Shown: one piece after another, positions 17,268-26,707 of the stretch
How the letters are laid out: each line of letters opens with the position of its first letter
How positions within the stretch are numbered: position 1 is the first letter of the stretch
Source: a virus
Virus record (IMG/VR): IMGVR_UViG_3300032050_000037
Location: 1 to 64,000 of that record
Direction: 5' to 3' (one strand)
DNA: 64,000 nt
Notes under the pieces: generated by a model
Seen by the model: the letters and a program-made list of their open reading frames with translations, nothing else
Database searches by the model: none
What the model was told of the DNA's origin: nothing
Made by a program: the position numbers and the translations under genes

Positions 17268-17968
17268 TGTATAAGATTAAGGCTTATAAAAATATTAATT
17301 CTGCAGATATAAAACAAATTAATATTAAAAGAGACTGGATGGACAATACTGTAGATGGACACGCATACAGATGTTTTCCAGTAACATTAGCAAATGGATT
17401 AGGATGGGGTTTATCTTTTCCTAAAGATATATCTTTTATTTGGGACGGAATTTCAGACACCTCTGGAAATCATGTAAAAATATTAGAAGGAGAAGAGTAT
17501 TGTTATACAGAAAGAGCAAATGCTACAATTAGTTTCAAAACAGGTATAATATTTGAAACAGATAAAGACGTAAGCTTACTACAAATGCCTGTCCCAAATA
17601 TGTTTATAGATGGAGCACAAGCATTTACAACAATAATGAGTACATCTTTTTTTAAAGGAGAATTTCCCTGTGCTCTAAGAATAACTAAACCGTTTACAAA
17701 AATTACAATTAAAGCTAATCAGCCGTTTATATCAATAGTACCAATATCTTTAACTAATTTACAAAATTCAATAATAGAAATTGATGATCCTAAGAATATG
17801 AAAAATAACATATCTTTAGATGAAAAAGAACACTTAGATGTTGTTAAAGAAAAAACAAAAAATGGAATATGGACCAATTTCTATAGAGATGCTGTTAATT
17901 ATAAAGGACAAAAAATAGGAGAGCATGAAGTTAAAGCAATTAGACTTTATGTTAACAATAATGAATAA
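17267..17968 (+). CDS. DUF6065-like protein
   Basis: RDWMD...HAYRCFPVTLANGLGW signature. Confidence 0.7.
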   Translation: MYKIKAYKNINSADIKQINIKRDWMDNTVDGHAYRCFPVTLANGLGWGLSFPKDISFIWDGISDTSGNHVKILEGEEYCYTERANATISFKTGIIFETDKDVSLLQMPVPNMFIDGAQAFTTIMSTSFFKGEFPCALRITKPFTKITIKANQPFISIVPISLTNLQNSIIEIDDPKNMKNNISLDEKEHLDVVKEKTKNGIWTNFYRDAVNYKGQKIGEHEVKAIRLYVNNNE

Positions 17969-18680
17969 AATAATATTTCATTCATCTAGACCTTATAATA
18001 AAAATACTGAAGAATATTTACCCGTGCCTTCAAAAACAGAAATTCCAAACTGGTTTTCTAAAGCTAGTAAATATTGGAAAAACATGGATGGTTCATATAT
18101 TGTAGATCATCTTGGTGAAAGAGGACTCGGTTTTAAATCATGCCCAGCACTTTTAGATTCATTTTCTATTGGTTATCTTTTAAAAACTCCATGTGATTTA
18201 GCATTTTATGAAAAAGATGGAGATATACATGTAGAAACCCCCAAAGGATTTGAAGAGTTTTGTGCAAGAAGAGAAGAGATGCCAGAGTTTGTAGTTCCAC
18301 ATGGATATAGAAAAACACATTTTCATTGGTGGCCAAATTGGTCAATGGAGACCCCAGAAGGATATAGCTTATTAGTTATAAATCCATTAAATAGATTTGA
18401 TTTACCATTTTTAACAACTAATGGTATTATAGATAGTGATATGTACACAATTTCAGGACTTATTCCATTTTTCTTAAAAGATAATTTTGTAGGATTAATT
18501 CCTAAAGGAACTCCATATGCACAAGTAATTCCTTTTAAAAGAGAAGACTGGAAAATGGAACCTATTTTTCATGAAAAAAGAACTATGATAAAAAAACATG
18601 TTTTTACTGCAAGAAAATTTAGAGTAAAAGGCGGAGGAATATACAAAAAAGATATTTGGAAACCAAAGAAATATGAATAA
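17961..18680 (+). CDS. DUF6065-related protein (possible dUTPase-like beta-fold)
   Basis: IPNWF...FKSCPALLD...TPEGYSLL..PLNR...IPKGTPYAQVIPFKREDW. Confidence 0.55.
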   Translation: MNKIIFHSSRPYNKNTEEYLPVPSKTEIPNWFSKASKYWKNMDGSYIVDHLGERGLGFKSCPALLDSFSIGYLLKTPCDLAFYEKDGDIHVETPKGFEEFCARREEMPEFVVPHGYRKTHFHWWPNWSMETPEGYSLLVINPLNRFDLPFLTTNGIIDSDMYTISGLIPFFLKDNFVGLIPKGTPYAQVIPFKREDWKMEPIFHEKRTMIKKHVFTARKFRVKGGGIYKKDIWKPKKYE

Positions 18681-18691
18681 AGGAGACTGTT

Positions 18692-19408
18692 ATGTTTGAA
18701 AATGCAAACGAAAAAGATATTATACAAAATTTTGATGCCGTAAATGAAAACAAAGATATTAGAACTGCTAGAAAATCAATAACCCCTTCTGGATACTTTG
18801 GTTCTTCTTCTAATATGATTCAAGAAATAGAAAATTTTTTAACTGAGGAAGAACAAGAATTTTTATTAAATTTTGCAAAAAATAATAAAATATGGGACGT
18901 AACAGAATCACATTATAATGAAAATGGAACTATTATATATGACCATAGGCCTTGGGAAAATAGAGTCGCAACTCTTAATACATTAACAAAAGCAAACCCA
19001 GAAGTAGTTTTAATGTTAAGAGAAATTATAGAAAGATTGAAACCAGTAATTGAATCTTTTTATAATGTAGAAGCTACACCTACACACCCAGCAATTGTTA
19101 GATGGCCTAAAGGTACATATCAATTCCCACATGCAGATAAAGAGTTACACGAGGGCCCAGACGCTGGAAAAGAAAATGATTTTCCATGGTATGATCTAGG
19201 AACTATTTTTTATTTAAATGATGACTACGAAGGCGGAGAACTTCATTTCCCTAAACAAAATATATCTTTTAAACCAAAAGCAAGAGCAGCATATTTTTTC
19301 CCTGGAGATTTAAATTATATACATGGAGTTAATGTAGTAAAGGAAGGATGTAGATATACATCGCCCTGGTTTTGGACTATTACAAAATTAAAGGATAAAA
19401 ATGTATAA
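18692..19408 (+). CDS. 2OG-Fe(II) oxygenase
   Basis: HAD, YLNDDYEGGEL, HGV...RY. Confidence 0.9.
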   Translation: MFENANEKDIIQNFDAVNENKDIRTARKSITPSGYFGSSSNMIQEIENFLTEEEQEFLLNFAKNNKIWDVTESHYNENGTIIYDHRPWENRVATLNTLTKANPEVVLMLREIIERLKPVIESFYNVEATPTHPAIVRWPKGTYQFPHADKELHEGPDAGKENDFPWYDLGTIFYLNDDYEGGELHFPKQNISFKPKARAAYFFPGDLNYIHGVNVVKEGCRYTSPWFWTITKLKDKNV

Positions 19409-20114
19409 TATAACAAAATATAAAGATGATGTATTTACAATAGATGATTTTTTAACTGAAGATGAGTGTAAAAGAATCATAGATTATTTGGAAATGTCAG
19501 TACAAAATAATTATATTAAATGGAACCAGATCTCATTTTATGAATCTTATGCTATGGGATTTTGGGAATATGATAATAATTTAATTCCTTTTGGATTTAA
19601 TCCAAAATATTTTCATGAGCTTAAAGAAAAAATAAAAAATGCTGGTGAAATCTGCTTTAATAATAAATTAAGCGAAATTAGTTATCATGCACAAAAATGG
19701 ACAGAGGGCGCATTTGCAGGATTCCATTCAGACAATTCAGATGAACATGGAAACCCAACGGCTTTTCAAAGAAGTAAATATGCAATTTTTTTATATCTTA
19801 ATGATAATTTTGATGGTGGTAATTTAAACTTTGAACACTATCCAATTAACATAAAACCAAAAGTAGGAATGTTAGCGGTTTTTAAAGGCGGATATAAAAA
19901 TGAACATGAAGTAACAACAGTTAAAAATGGTGAAAGGTATACTATTGGATCATTTTGGGATGACGCAGACGCAGTCTACACAGATGAAGAAAAAGCTAAA
20001 TGGGAAGTTGAATTAAAAGAAACAAGAGCTGGTCAAGAAGTTATGTATAAAAAATGGAAATCTGATAAAGAAAATGGAATAGTTCCAACTTATAAAAGTA
20101 AGTATGAAAACTAA
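19401..20114 (+). CDS. 2OG-Fe(II) oxygenase
   Basis: HSD, YLNDNFDGGNL, HEV...ERY. Confidence 0.9.
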   Translation: MYNITKYKDDVFTIDDFLTEDECKRIIDYLEMSVQNNYIKWNQISFYESYAMGFWEYDNNLIPFGFNPKYFHELKEKIKNAGEICFNNKLSEISYHAQKWTEGAFAGFHSDNSDEHGNPTAFQRSKYAIFLYLNDNFDGGNLNFEHYPINIKPKVGMLAVFKGGYKNEHEVTTVKNGERYTIGSFWDDADAVYTDEEKAKWEVELKETRAGQEVMYKKWKSDKENGIVPTYKSKYEN

Positions 20115-20125
20115 CAGGAGAAAAC

Positions 20126-20944
20126 ATGAGCAATAATATGGAAAGAATAGTATTATATCCAAAGGTAGAGGTATATAGAAATTTATTAAATAACGTAAAT
20201 GATTTATATGAAACTATGAAGGAATCAGAAAAAACATCAGACGGAAAATATTATTTAAGAAAATGGGATAAATGGTCGGTTTTTGGAACTTATACTCAAC
20301 AAAAACACGAGGAGTCAGAGCCAAGAGAATACGGTCAAATGTACGATAGAGAAAAACTATTATCTGATGAAGTTTATAAAGCGTATAACATTGCAATAGA
20401 TGCATATATAAAAAATAATAATGTTGTCATGCCAGAAGGAGCTCAATTAATGTCTTCTTCATTCTCTAAATATAAAAAAGACTTAGATGTTTTAGAAAAT
20501 AATTTAGCCATGCAGTACCATACAGATTTTAAAATTTTTGAATCAGAGTGGCCAGGGTCAAAATTTTTTCTAACATGTACAACTTACATTAATGATGATT
20601 ATGAGGGTGGAGATATTGAATTTTTTATAAATGGAGAATTTGTTTCTCACAAACCAAAAGCAGGAGACATTTTAGTTTTTCCTTCTATCCCTCCATATTT
20701 TCATGGAGTTAAAACAATTAAAAGAGGAGAAAAGTTTTTTGTAAGAAATTTTATCACATATCTTTCTGAGGGTTCTAGATCTTGGTTAGAGAATCAAAAA
20801 ATATACGGACCAAGAGAATGGCTTCAGATGGAAGAAGATAGAATTAAAAGAGAGATGCCAGAAGCAATGCTTTATTTTGAAAATGGAAAACAGATACAAT
20901 ATTCAGAGAAAATAAAAAATAATGAAAATAACAACATTAAATGA
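20126..20944 (+). CDS. 2OG-Fe(II) oxygenase
   Basis: HTD, YINDDYEGGDI, HGV...K. Confidence 0.9.
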   Translation: MSNNMERIVLYPKVEVYRNLLNNVNDLYETMKESEKTSDGKYYLRKWDKWSVFGTYTQQKHEESEPREYGQMYDREKLLSDEVYKAYNIAIDAYIKNNNVVMPEGAQLMSSSFSKYKKDLDVLENNLAMQYHTDFKIFESEWPGSKFFLTCTTYINDDYEGGDIEFFINGEFVSHKPKAGDILVFPSIPPYFHGVKTIKRGEKFFVRNFITYLSEGSRSWLENQKIYGPREWLQMEEDRIKREMPEAMLYFENGKQIQYSEKIKNNENNNIK

Positions 20945-21524
20945 TAATATTATTTACTATCAGAGTTTAATAAATGATATAGATAATTTTATTAATTTAA
21001 TAAATAATATAGAAGAAGAATATGTTTATCTTTTTTCTAAATGGGAAAAATGGTATGCCAGCAATGCAGATGTTTTATATGGAGAATCTAGAGAATCTTC
21101 TTTTAGTAGTATATTAAATAATTGTAAAAAGGAATCAGATTCTTTTTTTATTGCAAAAACTATCAAAGAATTAGTAGATTTTTGCATTAAAGATTATTGT
21201 GAAAAAACAAAACAGGTCCCAGGATATTTGCCAGATCATTTTACAATTAAAAAATATAATACCGATGCATATATGGGTCCACATGTAGATACCGAAGATT
21301 TATTTGATAAAAAACAACCATCTATATCTATGGTTTTTTATTTAAATGATGATTACGAGGGGGGAGAAATAGAGTTCCCTAATCAGCAAATCAAAATAAA
21401 GCCAGAAGCTGGAAGTTTAATTATATTCCCGTCCTATCAACCATATATACATGACCCAAAACCAGTTTTATCTGGAACCAAATACATGATACCTCTTTTT
21501 TGGTTTAAAGAAAAGTTTTGGTAG
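20922..21524 (+). CDS. 2OG-Fe(II) oxygenase
   Basis: HVD, YLNDDYEGGEI, H...GTKY. Confidence 0.9.
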   Translation: MKITTLNDNIIYYQSLINDIDNFINLINNIEEEYVYLFSKWEKWYASNADVLYGESRESSFSSILNNCKKESDSFFIAKTIKELVDFCIKDYCEKTKQVPGYLPDHFTIKKYNTDAYMGPHVDTEDLFDKKQPSISMVFYLNDDYEGGEIEFPNQQIKIKPEAGSLIIFPSYQPYIHDPKPVLSGTKYMIPLFWFKEKFW

Positions 21525-21556
21525 ATTTATTTTAATAATTAAGGTATAATAAAATA

Positions 21557-23335
21557 ATGTCTTATAAAAATGTAATTGTAAAAGACTCACCAATAGGATA
21601 CTGGCCGCTGTCTGAAAATACTGGCACAACTATAATAGATGAATCTGGATGCAATAATAATGGAACAGCGTCAAGTTTAAGCGTAGTAAAAATACCACTA
21701 GTTTCAGACGGATCATCAGTAGCTAGGCTGATGTCAGATTCAGTATATTTAATATTTAATACATTAAATAGCTATTCTCAAGAATCACTAACGGTTCCTG
21801 GATTTGCAAACAAATATTCATCTGACAATGATTTTAGTTTAGAGTGTTGGGTATATCCACAAATATCTGACCTATCAGAAATTGCAATCCTAGCAGATAT
21901 AGATAATGAAATAGGAATTTTTTGGGATCAGGGAAATATAGTATTTAAATTAAATAGTGAAACGTTGTCATATACAATCCCAGACTTTAATCAAGCATTG
22001 CACATAGTTGCCACATATTCTGTAGACAGAATGTCTATTTATTTAAATGGAAGTTTGGCTGTATTCAAAACATTAGAAAGTTTTTCTTTTTCAAATACAT
22101 CTCTTGAAATACAATCTGGACCAATAGATGGAGACGATAATTATTTTATTTTAGATAATGTAGCAATATATAGATATGCTTTAAACGAAAATCAAATTTT
22201 AAACCATTATTCGTATACTGGATATACCATACCATATCAAGTTGTAATACCAGACGACGGAGAACTTTTTGAATTTGTAGATAGTCAGATGAATAAAACT
22301 TTTACATATTCATACCCATACAATAAATCATGGGAAGGATTTTTAAATGAAGATGTGGTGTTAAATAGATCAGAAAATTATATAGAAATATTAAAAACAA
22401 ATACTGTTGAAAATAAAGAATTTATAATAGAAGATATAATTTCTATACCATCAGCAATACCAATGGACTCATCAAAAATAGAATGGGCTGGACACAATGG
22501 CATTTCTGTAGAAACAAGTATAGATGGAATTACTTATGAACAATGTGTTAATGGACAATCAATACCTCAATTTTTAACAAGTAGCTTTAGCGATTCAAAA
22601 GTTATTTATTTAAAAATTACTATGTCGTCTACCGACACGTCGAAGTATTGTCCAAAACTATATAGCCTAACAATATCATTCTATAATCAGCAAATAATGT
22701 ATTCTAGAAATGGAAATAGCTATTTATCAAAAGTTGAAGATTGCGACGCATACCTAGGGACAGAAAAACACCCAATATCTTTTAGAAATAATAAAAATGG
22801 AATCTTGGTTCCACTAGATTCAGGATTTAAGATAAATACAGATAAGCTAGTAAAATCAATAGAATTTTTCTATACGCCATACGATAACTTTCTTTCTGGT
22901 CCATCAACTATACCAGGATCAATAATTAATGTCGCTTTATTTGGAGACGGGGAAGCAGCAAGTTATTCATGGGATAATGGATTTACAATATCCAAAACCA
23001 ATATAGAATCATTATATGTGAACACAGTAGACTATACAAGCGAAACCAATATGTCATATATATTTGCCCCAGGAAATCTACACCATGTAGTAATTTCATT
23101 TTCTGACTCAGTAACTGGAGAATTAATTTTTAATATAAATCAAGGGGATGGACCTAAAGCCCTATACCAAAATCTATCCCTATATACAGAAACCTTAGAC
23201 TATAATAAAATTAAAAACCACTATAGTCTATATTTAGGAAAGTCTACCTATACAGCAGAAACTTCTGCCACCAACCTGTCAGAAAATTCAGTAAATTTAT
23301 ATAATAATGACTGGCTTGTGATACAAAACTCATAA
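21557..23335 (+). CDS. LamG/concanavalin-A-like domain structural protein
   Basis: DSPIGYWPLSE, FSLECW, HIVATY...IYLNG and LDNVAIY LamG pattern. Confidence 0.75.
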   Translation: MSYKNVIVKDSPIGYWPLSENTGTTIIDESGCNNNGTASSLSVVKIPLVSDGSSVARLMSDSVYLIFNTLNSYSQESLTVPGFANKYSSDNDFSLECWVYPQISDLSEIAILADIDNEIGIFWDQGNIVFKLNSETLSYTIPDFNQALHIVATYSVDRMSIYLNGSLAVFKTLESFSFSNTSLEIQSGPIDGDDNYFILDNVAIYRYALNENQILNHYSYTGYTIPYQVVIPDDGELFEFVDSQMNKTFTYSYPYNKSWEGFLNEDVVLNRSENYIEILKTNTVENKEFIIEDIISIPSAIPMDSSKIEWAGHNGISVETSIDGITYEQCVNGQSIPQFLTSSFSDSKVIYLKITMSSTDTSKYCPKLYSLTISFYNQQIMYSRNGNSYLSKVEDCDAYLGTEKHPISFRNNKNGILVPLDSGFKINTDKLVKSIEFFYTPYDNFLSGPSTIPGSIINVALFGDGEAASYSWDNGFTISKTNIESLYVNTVDYTSETNMSYIFAPGNLHHVVISFSDSVTGELIFNINQGDGPKALYQNLSLYTETLDYNKIKNHYSLYLGKSTYTAETSATNLSENSVNLYNNDWLVIQNS

Positions 23336-23398
23336 ATCTGAACATACTGCTGACAAGATATGGACTTTAACCAAGAATAATGGTAGAATAAATACCTG

Positions 23399-23734
23399 AT
23401 GGATATTAAAAGAGTAAATCAAGAACTAATAGAAGAGACTATTCTAGGAATTTATGTCTGGGAAATGCCAGATGGTAGATGGATAGGCGATGATGATGGA
23501 AATTTTCTTTCTATTTCATCTAAAAAGGGAAACCGTTCTAGAATCGATGCACTTGCTAGAGAAGTAAGATCATATGGAATATATGAAGGAAAACCTAAAT
23601 TTTTATCTGGTAGACGTAAAATAGATGATGAAGAATTTGAATATCAAAAACAAAGACTTGAATGGGGACTTACACCAGATCCACTAGATATTGGTGTTTA
23701 TAAGGATTCATTGAAAAATGGAGGAAAACCGTAA
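23399..23734 (+). CDS. Conserved-looking hypothetical protein preceding the portal
   Basis: ORF track; own promoter TGGACT-N17-TAGAAT; TAATG overlap with the portal gene. Confidence 0.65.
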   Translation: MDIKRVNQELIEETILGIYVWEMPDGRWIGDDDGNFLSISSKKGNRSRIDALAREVRSYGIYEGKPKFLSGRRKIDDEEFEYQKQRLEWGLTPDPLDIGVYKDSLKNGGKP

Positions 23735-25320
23735 TGGAATTTATTGATGAAGAAAATAATCTATCTCAAGAAGTAAGTATATCAAATTCAGCAGATTGGT
23801 TTAAGTTTAATAATAAAGAAGTTACAATAGACAATGATCCATTTAATATTGATGAAGACTCATTAAAAAAAGTACACGGACTTAGTCCAGCTTTTAGACG
23901 TAAAATGTCTAGAGAATTTTCAAAACGTTTTATCGGACAAGAAAAAACTGGAACTCAACAAAATTTATTGCAACAGGCTGTAACTGGCTATGCCATGTTC
24001 GACCTAGTACAACCAGTTTATAACTTAGAATATTTATCTAAAATTTATGAAATATCTCCATATAACTATGCTGCAATTAATGCAAAGGTTGCAAATATTG
24101 TTGGATTAGGATATACATTTGTTGAAACTAAAAAGGCAAATGATGCATTAGATAATATTGAAGATCCAAAACAATTAGAAAGAGCTCGTCGTAAATTAAA
24201 TAAACTAAGACAAGATCTAGATAATTGGCTAGAGGAAACAAACGAAGAAGAAACTTTCACAGAAACTTTGATAAAAGCATATACTGATCTTGAAGCCACT
24301 GGAAATGGATATATTGAAATTGGTAGAACAAGCGCTGGTAATATTGGATATATAGGACACATTCCTGCAAAAACTATGCGTGTTCGTAGACTTCGTGATG
24401 GCTTTATTCAATTGCTTTACGGTAAGGCAGTATTCTTTAGAAACTTTGGAGATCAGGAAACACCTAATCCAATCGCAGGGCAAGAAGATCGTCCAAATGA
24501 AATTATTCATTTAAAGAAATACACACCGATGAATAACTATTATGGCATTCCAGATATTATTGCATCACAAAATGCTATGGCAGGAAATGAGTTTGCTGGT
24601 AAATACAATTTAGATTATTTTGAAAACAAAGCAGTACCTCGTTATATTATTACTGTAAAGGGTGCCAAGTTATCACCAGAATCAGAACGTAAGCTTCTTG
24701 AATTTTTCCAGGTAGGACTAAAAGGTAAAAATCACAGATCATTATATGTGCCACTACCAGCAGATACAGCAGATTCTAAAGTTGAATTTAAAATGGAACC
24801 AATTGAAGCAAATGCTCAAGAATCTTCATTTAATGTATATCGTAAATCAAATAGAGATGAAATATTATTAGCCCATAGAGTTCCAATTAATAAAATTGGA
24901 GTTCCAGAAGGAGTAAGTTTAGCTTCTGCTAGAGATGCTGATAAAATGTTTAAGGAGCAGGTATGTCGTCCTGCACAAGATATTTTAGAGAAAAAATTAA
25001 ATAGAATTATTGCAGAAAAAACAGATGCTGTAATTCTTAAATTCAATGAATTAACTCTAACTGATGAGGATACTCAGTCTAAAATTGATGAAAGATATTT
25101 GCGTATGCAGGTTATTACCCCTAATGAGGTTAGAATTAGAAAAGGTATGATTCCAATGGACGGCGGAGATGAGGTTGTTGTTTTAAAACCACAGCAACAA
25201 TCAGAAATTAGAGCCCAAGCTGGAAATTCTAGAAATAGGACTCAAGAGAGATCTGCAAATTCCCCAGATATTTCAGGGGAGGCTAGAAATCCAAAAGGTG
25301 AAGGTCGTACCACCGCTTAA
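23734..25320 (+). CDS. Portal protein
   Basis: DLEATGNGYIEI, EIIHLK..YYGIPD, YFENKAVP and ITPNEVR motifs of HK97/PBSX-type portals; gene position. Confidence 0.9.
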   Translation: MEFIDEENNLSQEVSISNSADWFKFNNKEVTIDNDPFNIDEDSLKKVHGLSPAFRRKMSREFSKRFIGQEKTGTQQNLLQQAVTGYAMFDLVQPVYNLEYLSKIYEISPYNYAAINAKVANIVGLGYTFVETKKANDALDNIEDPKQLERARRKLNKLRQDLDNWLEETNEEETFTETLIKAYTDLEATGNGYIEIGRTSAGNIGYIGHIPAKTMRVRRLRDGFIQLLYGKAVFFRNFGDQETPNPIAGQEDRPNEIIHLKKYTPMNNYYGIPDIIASQNAMAGNEFAGKYNLDYFENKAVPRYIITVKGAKLSPESERKLLEFFQVGLKGKNHRSLYVPLPADTADSKVEFKMEPIEANAQESSFNVYRKSNRDEILLAHRVPINKIGVPEGVSLASARDADKMFKEQVCRPAQDILEKKLNRIIAEKTDAVILKFNELTLTDEDTQSKIDERYLRMQVITPNEVRIRKGMIPMDGGDEVVVLKPQQQSEIRAQAGNSRNRTQERSANSPDISGEARNPKGEGRTTA

Positions 25321-25375
25321 TTATTAGGCAACTAGTTATTTGCCTTTTTATATATAGAAAGATAAAATTAAGCAT

Positions 25376-26686
25376 ATGAATATTGAAAAATCTTATTGGT
25401 CCAGCAATGGCGAAAATATCAATTTATCAGTTCCATTCACAAAAGTCAATCGTGAGAAGAGAACTGTATCAGGTTTTGCAACACTAGATAATCTAGATCA
25501 AACTGGTGATGTAGTTACAGCAGAAGCATCGCTTAAAGCGTTTGAGAATTTTCGTGGCAATATTCGTGAGATGCATGGACCAAATGCTGTTGGTAAAATG
25601 GTTTCTTTTAAACCAGAAACATTTTATGATCCAAAAAGCGGAGAATTTTACCATGGAGTATTTGTAGATGCATATATTTCAAAGGGTGCACAAGATACTT
25701 GGGAAAAAGTTCTTGATGGAACACTTTCTGGATTTTCAATAGGCGGAAAGATTATCGAATCAGATAATGAAGTAAATAAGTCAACAGGACAAACAGTAAG
25801 ATTTATCAAAGATTATTCATTGATGGAGCTGTCAGTAGTAGACTCTCCAGCAAATGAACTTTGTAACATATTGTCAATTCAAAAAATGAATGGACAACTT
25901 ATGTTTAAAGGTATTGCAGCAGAAACAAAAGTAGAAAATATTTTTTATTGTGAAGATAGTGATTCTGTATTTATGTCAACAGAATCAACATTTGTATCCC
26001 CAGTAAGTGGCAAAGAAGCAGAACTAATTGGTTGGGTAGAATCAAATGATGTTAATAAAGCTAAAGAAATAGAAAAGATTCTTGCTTCATTCAAGAAGAC
26101 AAGATTAACGTTGCCTGAAACACAAACAATTGCAAAACAGGCAAACGAAGAAGGAGGTAATGAAGTGTCAGAAAACACAGAAACAGTAGCAGTAGAAGAA
26201 ACTGCTCCAGTAGAAGTTTTAGCTCCTGCAGTAGATGCAGTAGTTGAAAAAGCTGTTACAGAAGATGTAGTAGCAGATACTTCTGCCGAAATCGTTGAAA
26301 AAGCAGCAGACGTCTCAGAAGTCGTCGTTGATGAACCTGATTTTGCAAAAATGTTGGGTGATCTAAAGGGCTTTTTCTCAGAAACTCTAAGCAAGGCTTC
26401 TGAAGCAAATGCAGCACAAGTAGCAACTCTTAAAGATACAGTTGAAACTTTTAGCAAGAGCGTAGAAGGCCGAATCTCAGAGTTGGCAGAGCAACACGCA
26501 GAACTCAGCAAGTCTGTTGAGAATATCAAGAACACGATTGATGGCGTACAAAAGCGTGTCGATGCAGTAGAATCAGAGACTGCAATAAAGAAGTCCTCTG
26601 ACCTTGGCGGGTCTCAGGAAGTAAAAATCCAAAAATCAAAATGGAACGGTTCTTTCCTCGGTTCCGTAAACGAACTATTTAAATAA
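25376..26686 (+). CDS. Prohead protease fused to a scaffold region
   Basis: REMH, GFSIGG and ELSVVDSPAN protease motifs; acidic, coiled-coil C-terminal half. Confidence 0.88.
   Translation: MNIEKSYWSSNGENINLSVPFTKVNREKRTVSGFATLDNLDQTGDVVTAEASLKAFENFRGNIREMHGPNAVGKMVSFKPETFYDPKSGEFYHGVFVDAYISKGAQDTWEKVLDGTLSGFSIGGKIIESDNEVNKSTGQTVRFIKDYSLMELSVVDSPANELCNILSIQKMNGQLMFKGIAAETKVENIFYCEDSDSVFMSTESTFVSPVSGKEAELIGWVESNDVNKAKEIEKILASFKKTRLTLPETQTIAKQANEEGGNEVSENTETVAVEETAPVEVLAPAVDAVVEKAVTEDVVADTSAEIVEKAADVSEVVVDEPDFAKMLGDLKGFFSETLSKASEANAAQVATLKDTVETFSKSVEGRISELAEQHAELSKSVENIKNTIDGVQKRVDAVESETAIKKSSDLGGSQEVKIQKSKWNGSFLGSVNELFK
26165..26686 (+). CDS. Putative nested in-frame scaffolding protein (173 aa)
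   Basis: AAGGAGGT at 26151-26158 precedes an in-frame GTG at 26165. Confidence 0.55.
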   Translation: MSENTETVAVEETAPVEVLAPAVDAVVEKAVTEDVVADTSAEIVEKAADVSEVVVDEPDFAKMLGDLKGFFSETLSKASEANAAQVATLKDTVETFSKSVEGRISELAEQHAELSKSVENIKNTIDGVQKRVDAVESETAIKKSSDLGGSQEVKIQKSKWNGSFLGSVNELFK

Positions 26687-26707
26687 AGGGTAGGTGAAAT
26701 AAAAATA

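Noticed and set aside
15955-21524. TET/JBP-type DNA-modifying dioxygenases
   Set aside because: The motifs are P4H-like (YLNDDYEGGE), and no methylase or base-modification genes are adjacent. DNA substrates are not excluded, only unsupported.
25945-26535. 196-aa antisense ORF and other antisense ORFs within structural genes
   Set aside because: Explained by the codon bias of the sense genes; no initiation signals and low-complexity translations.
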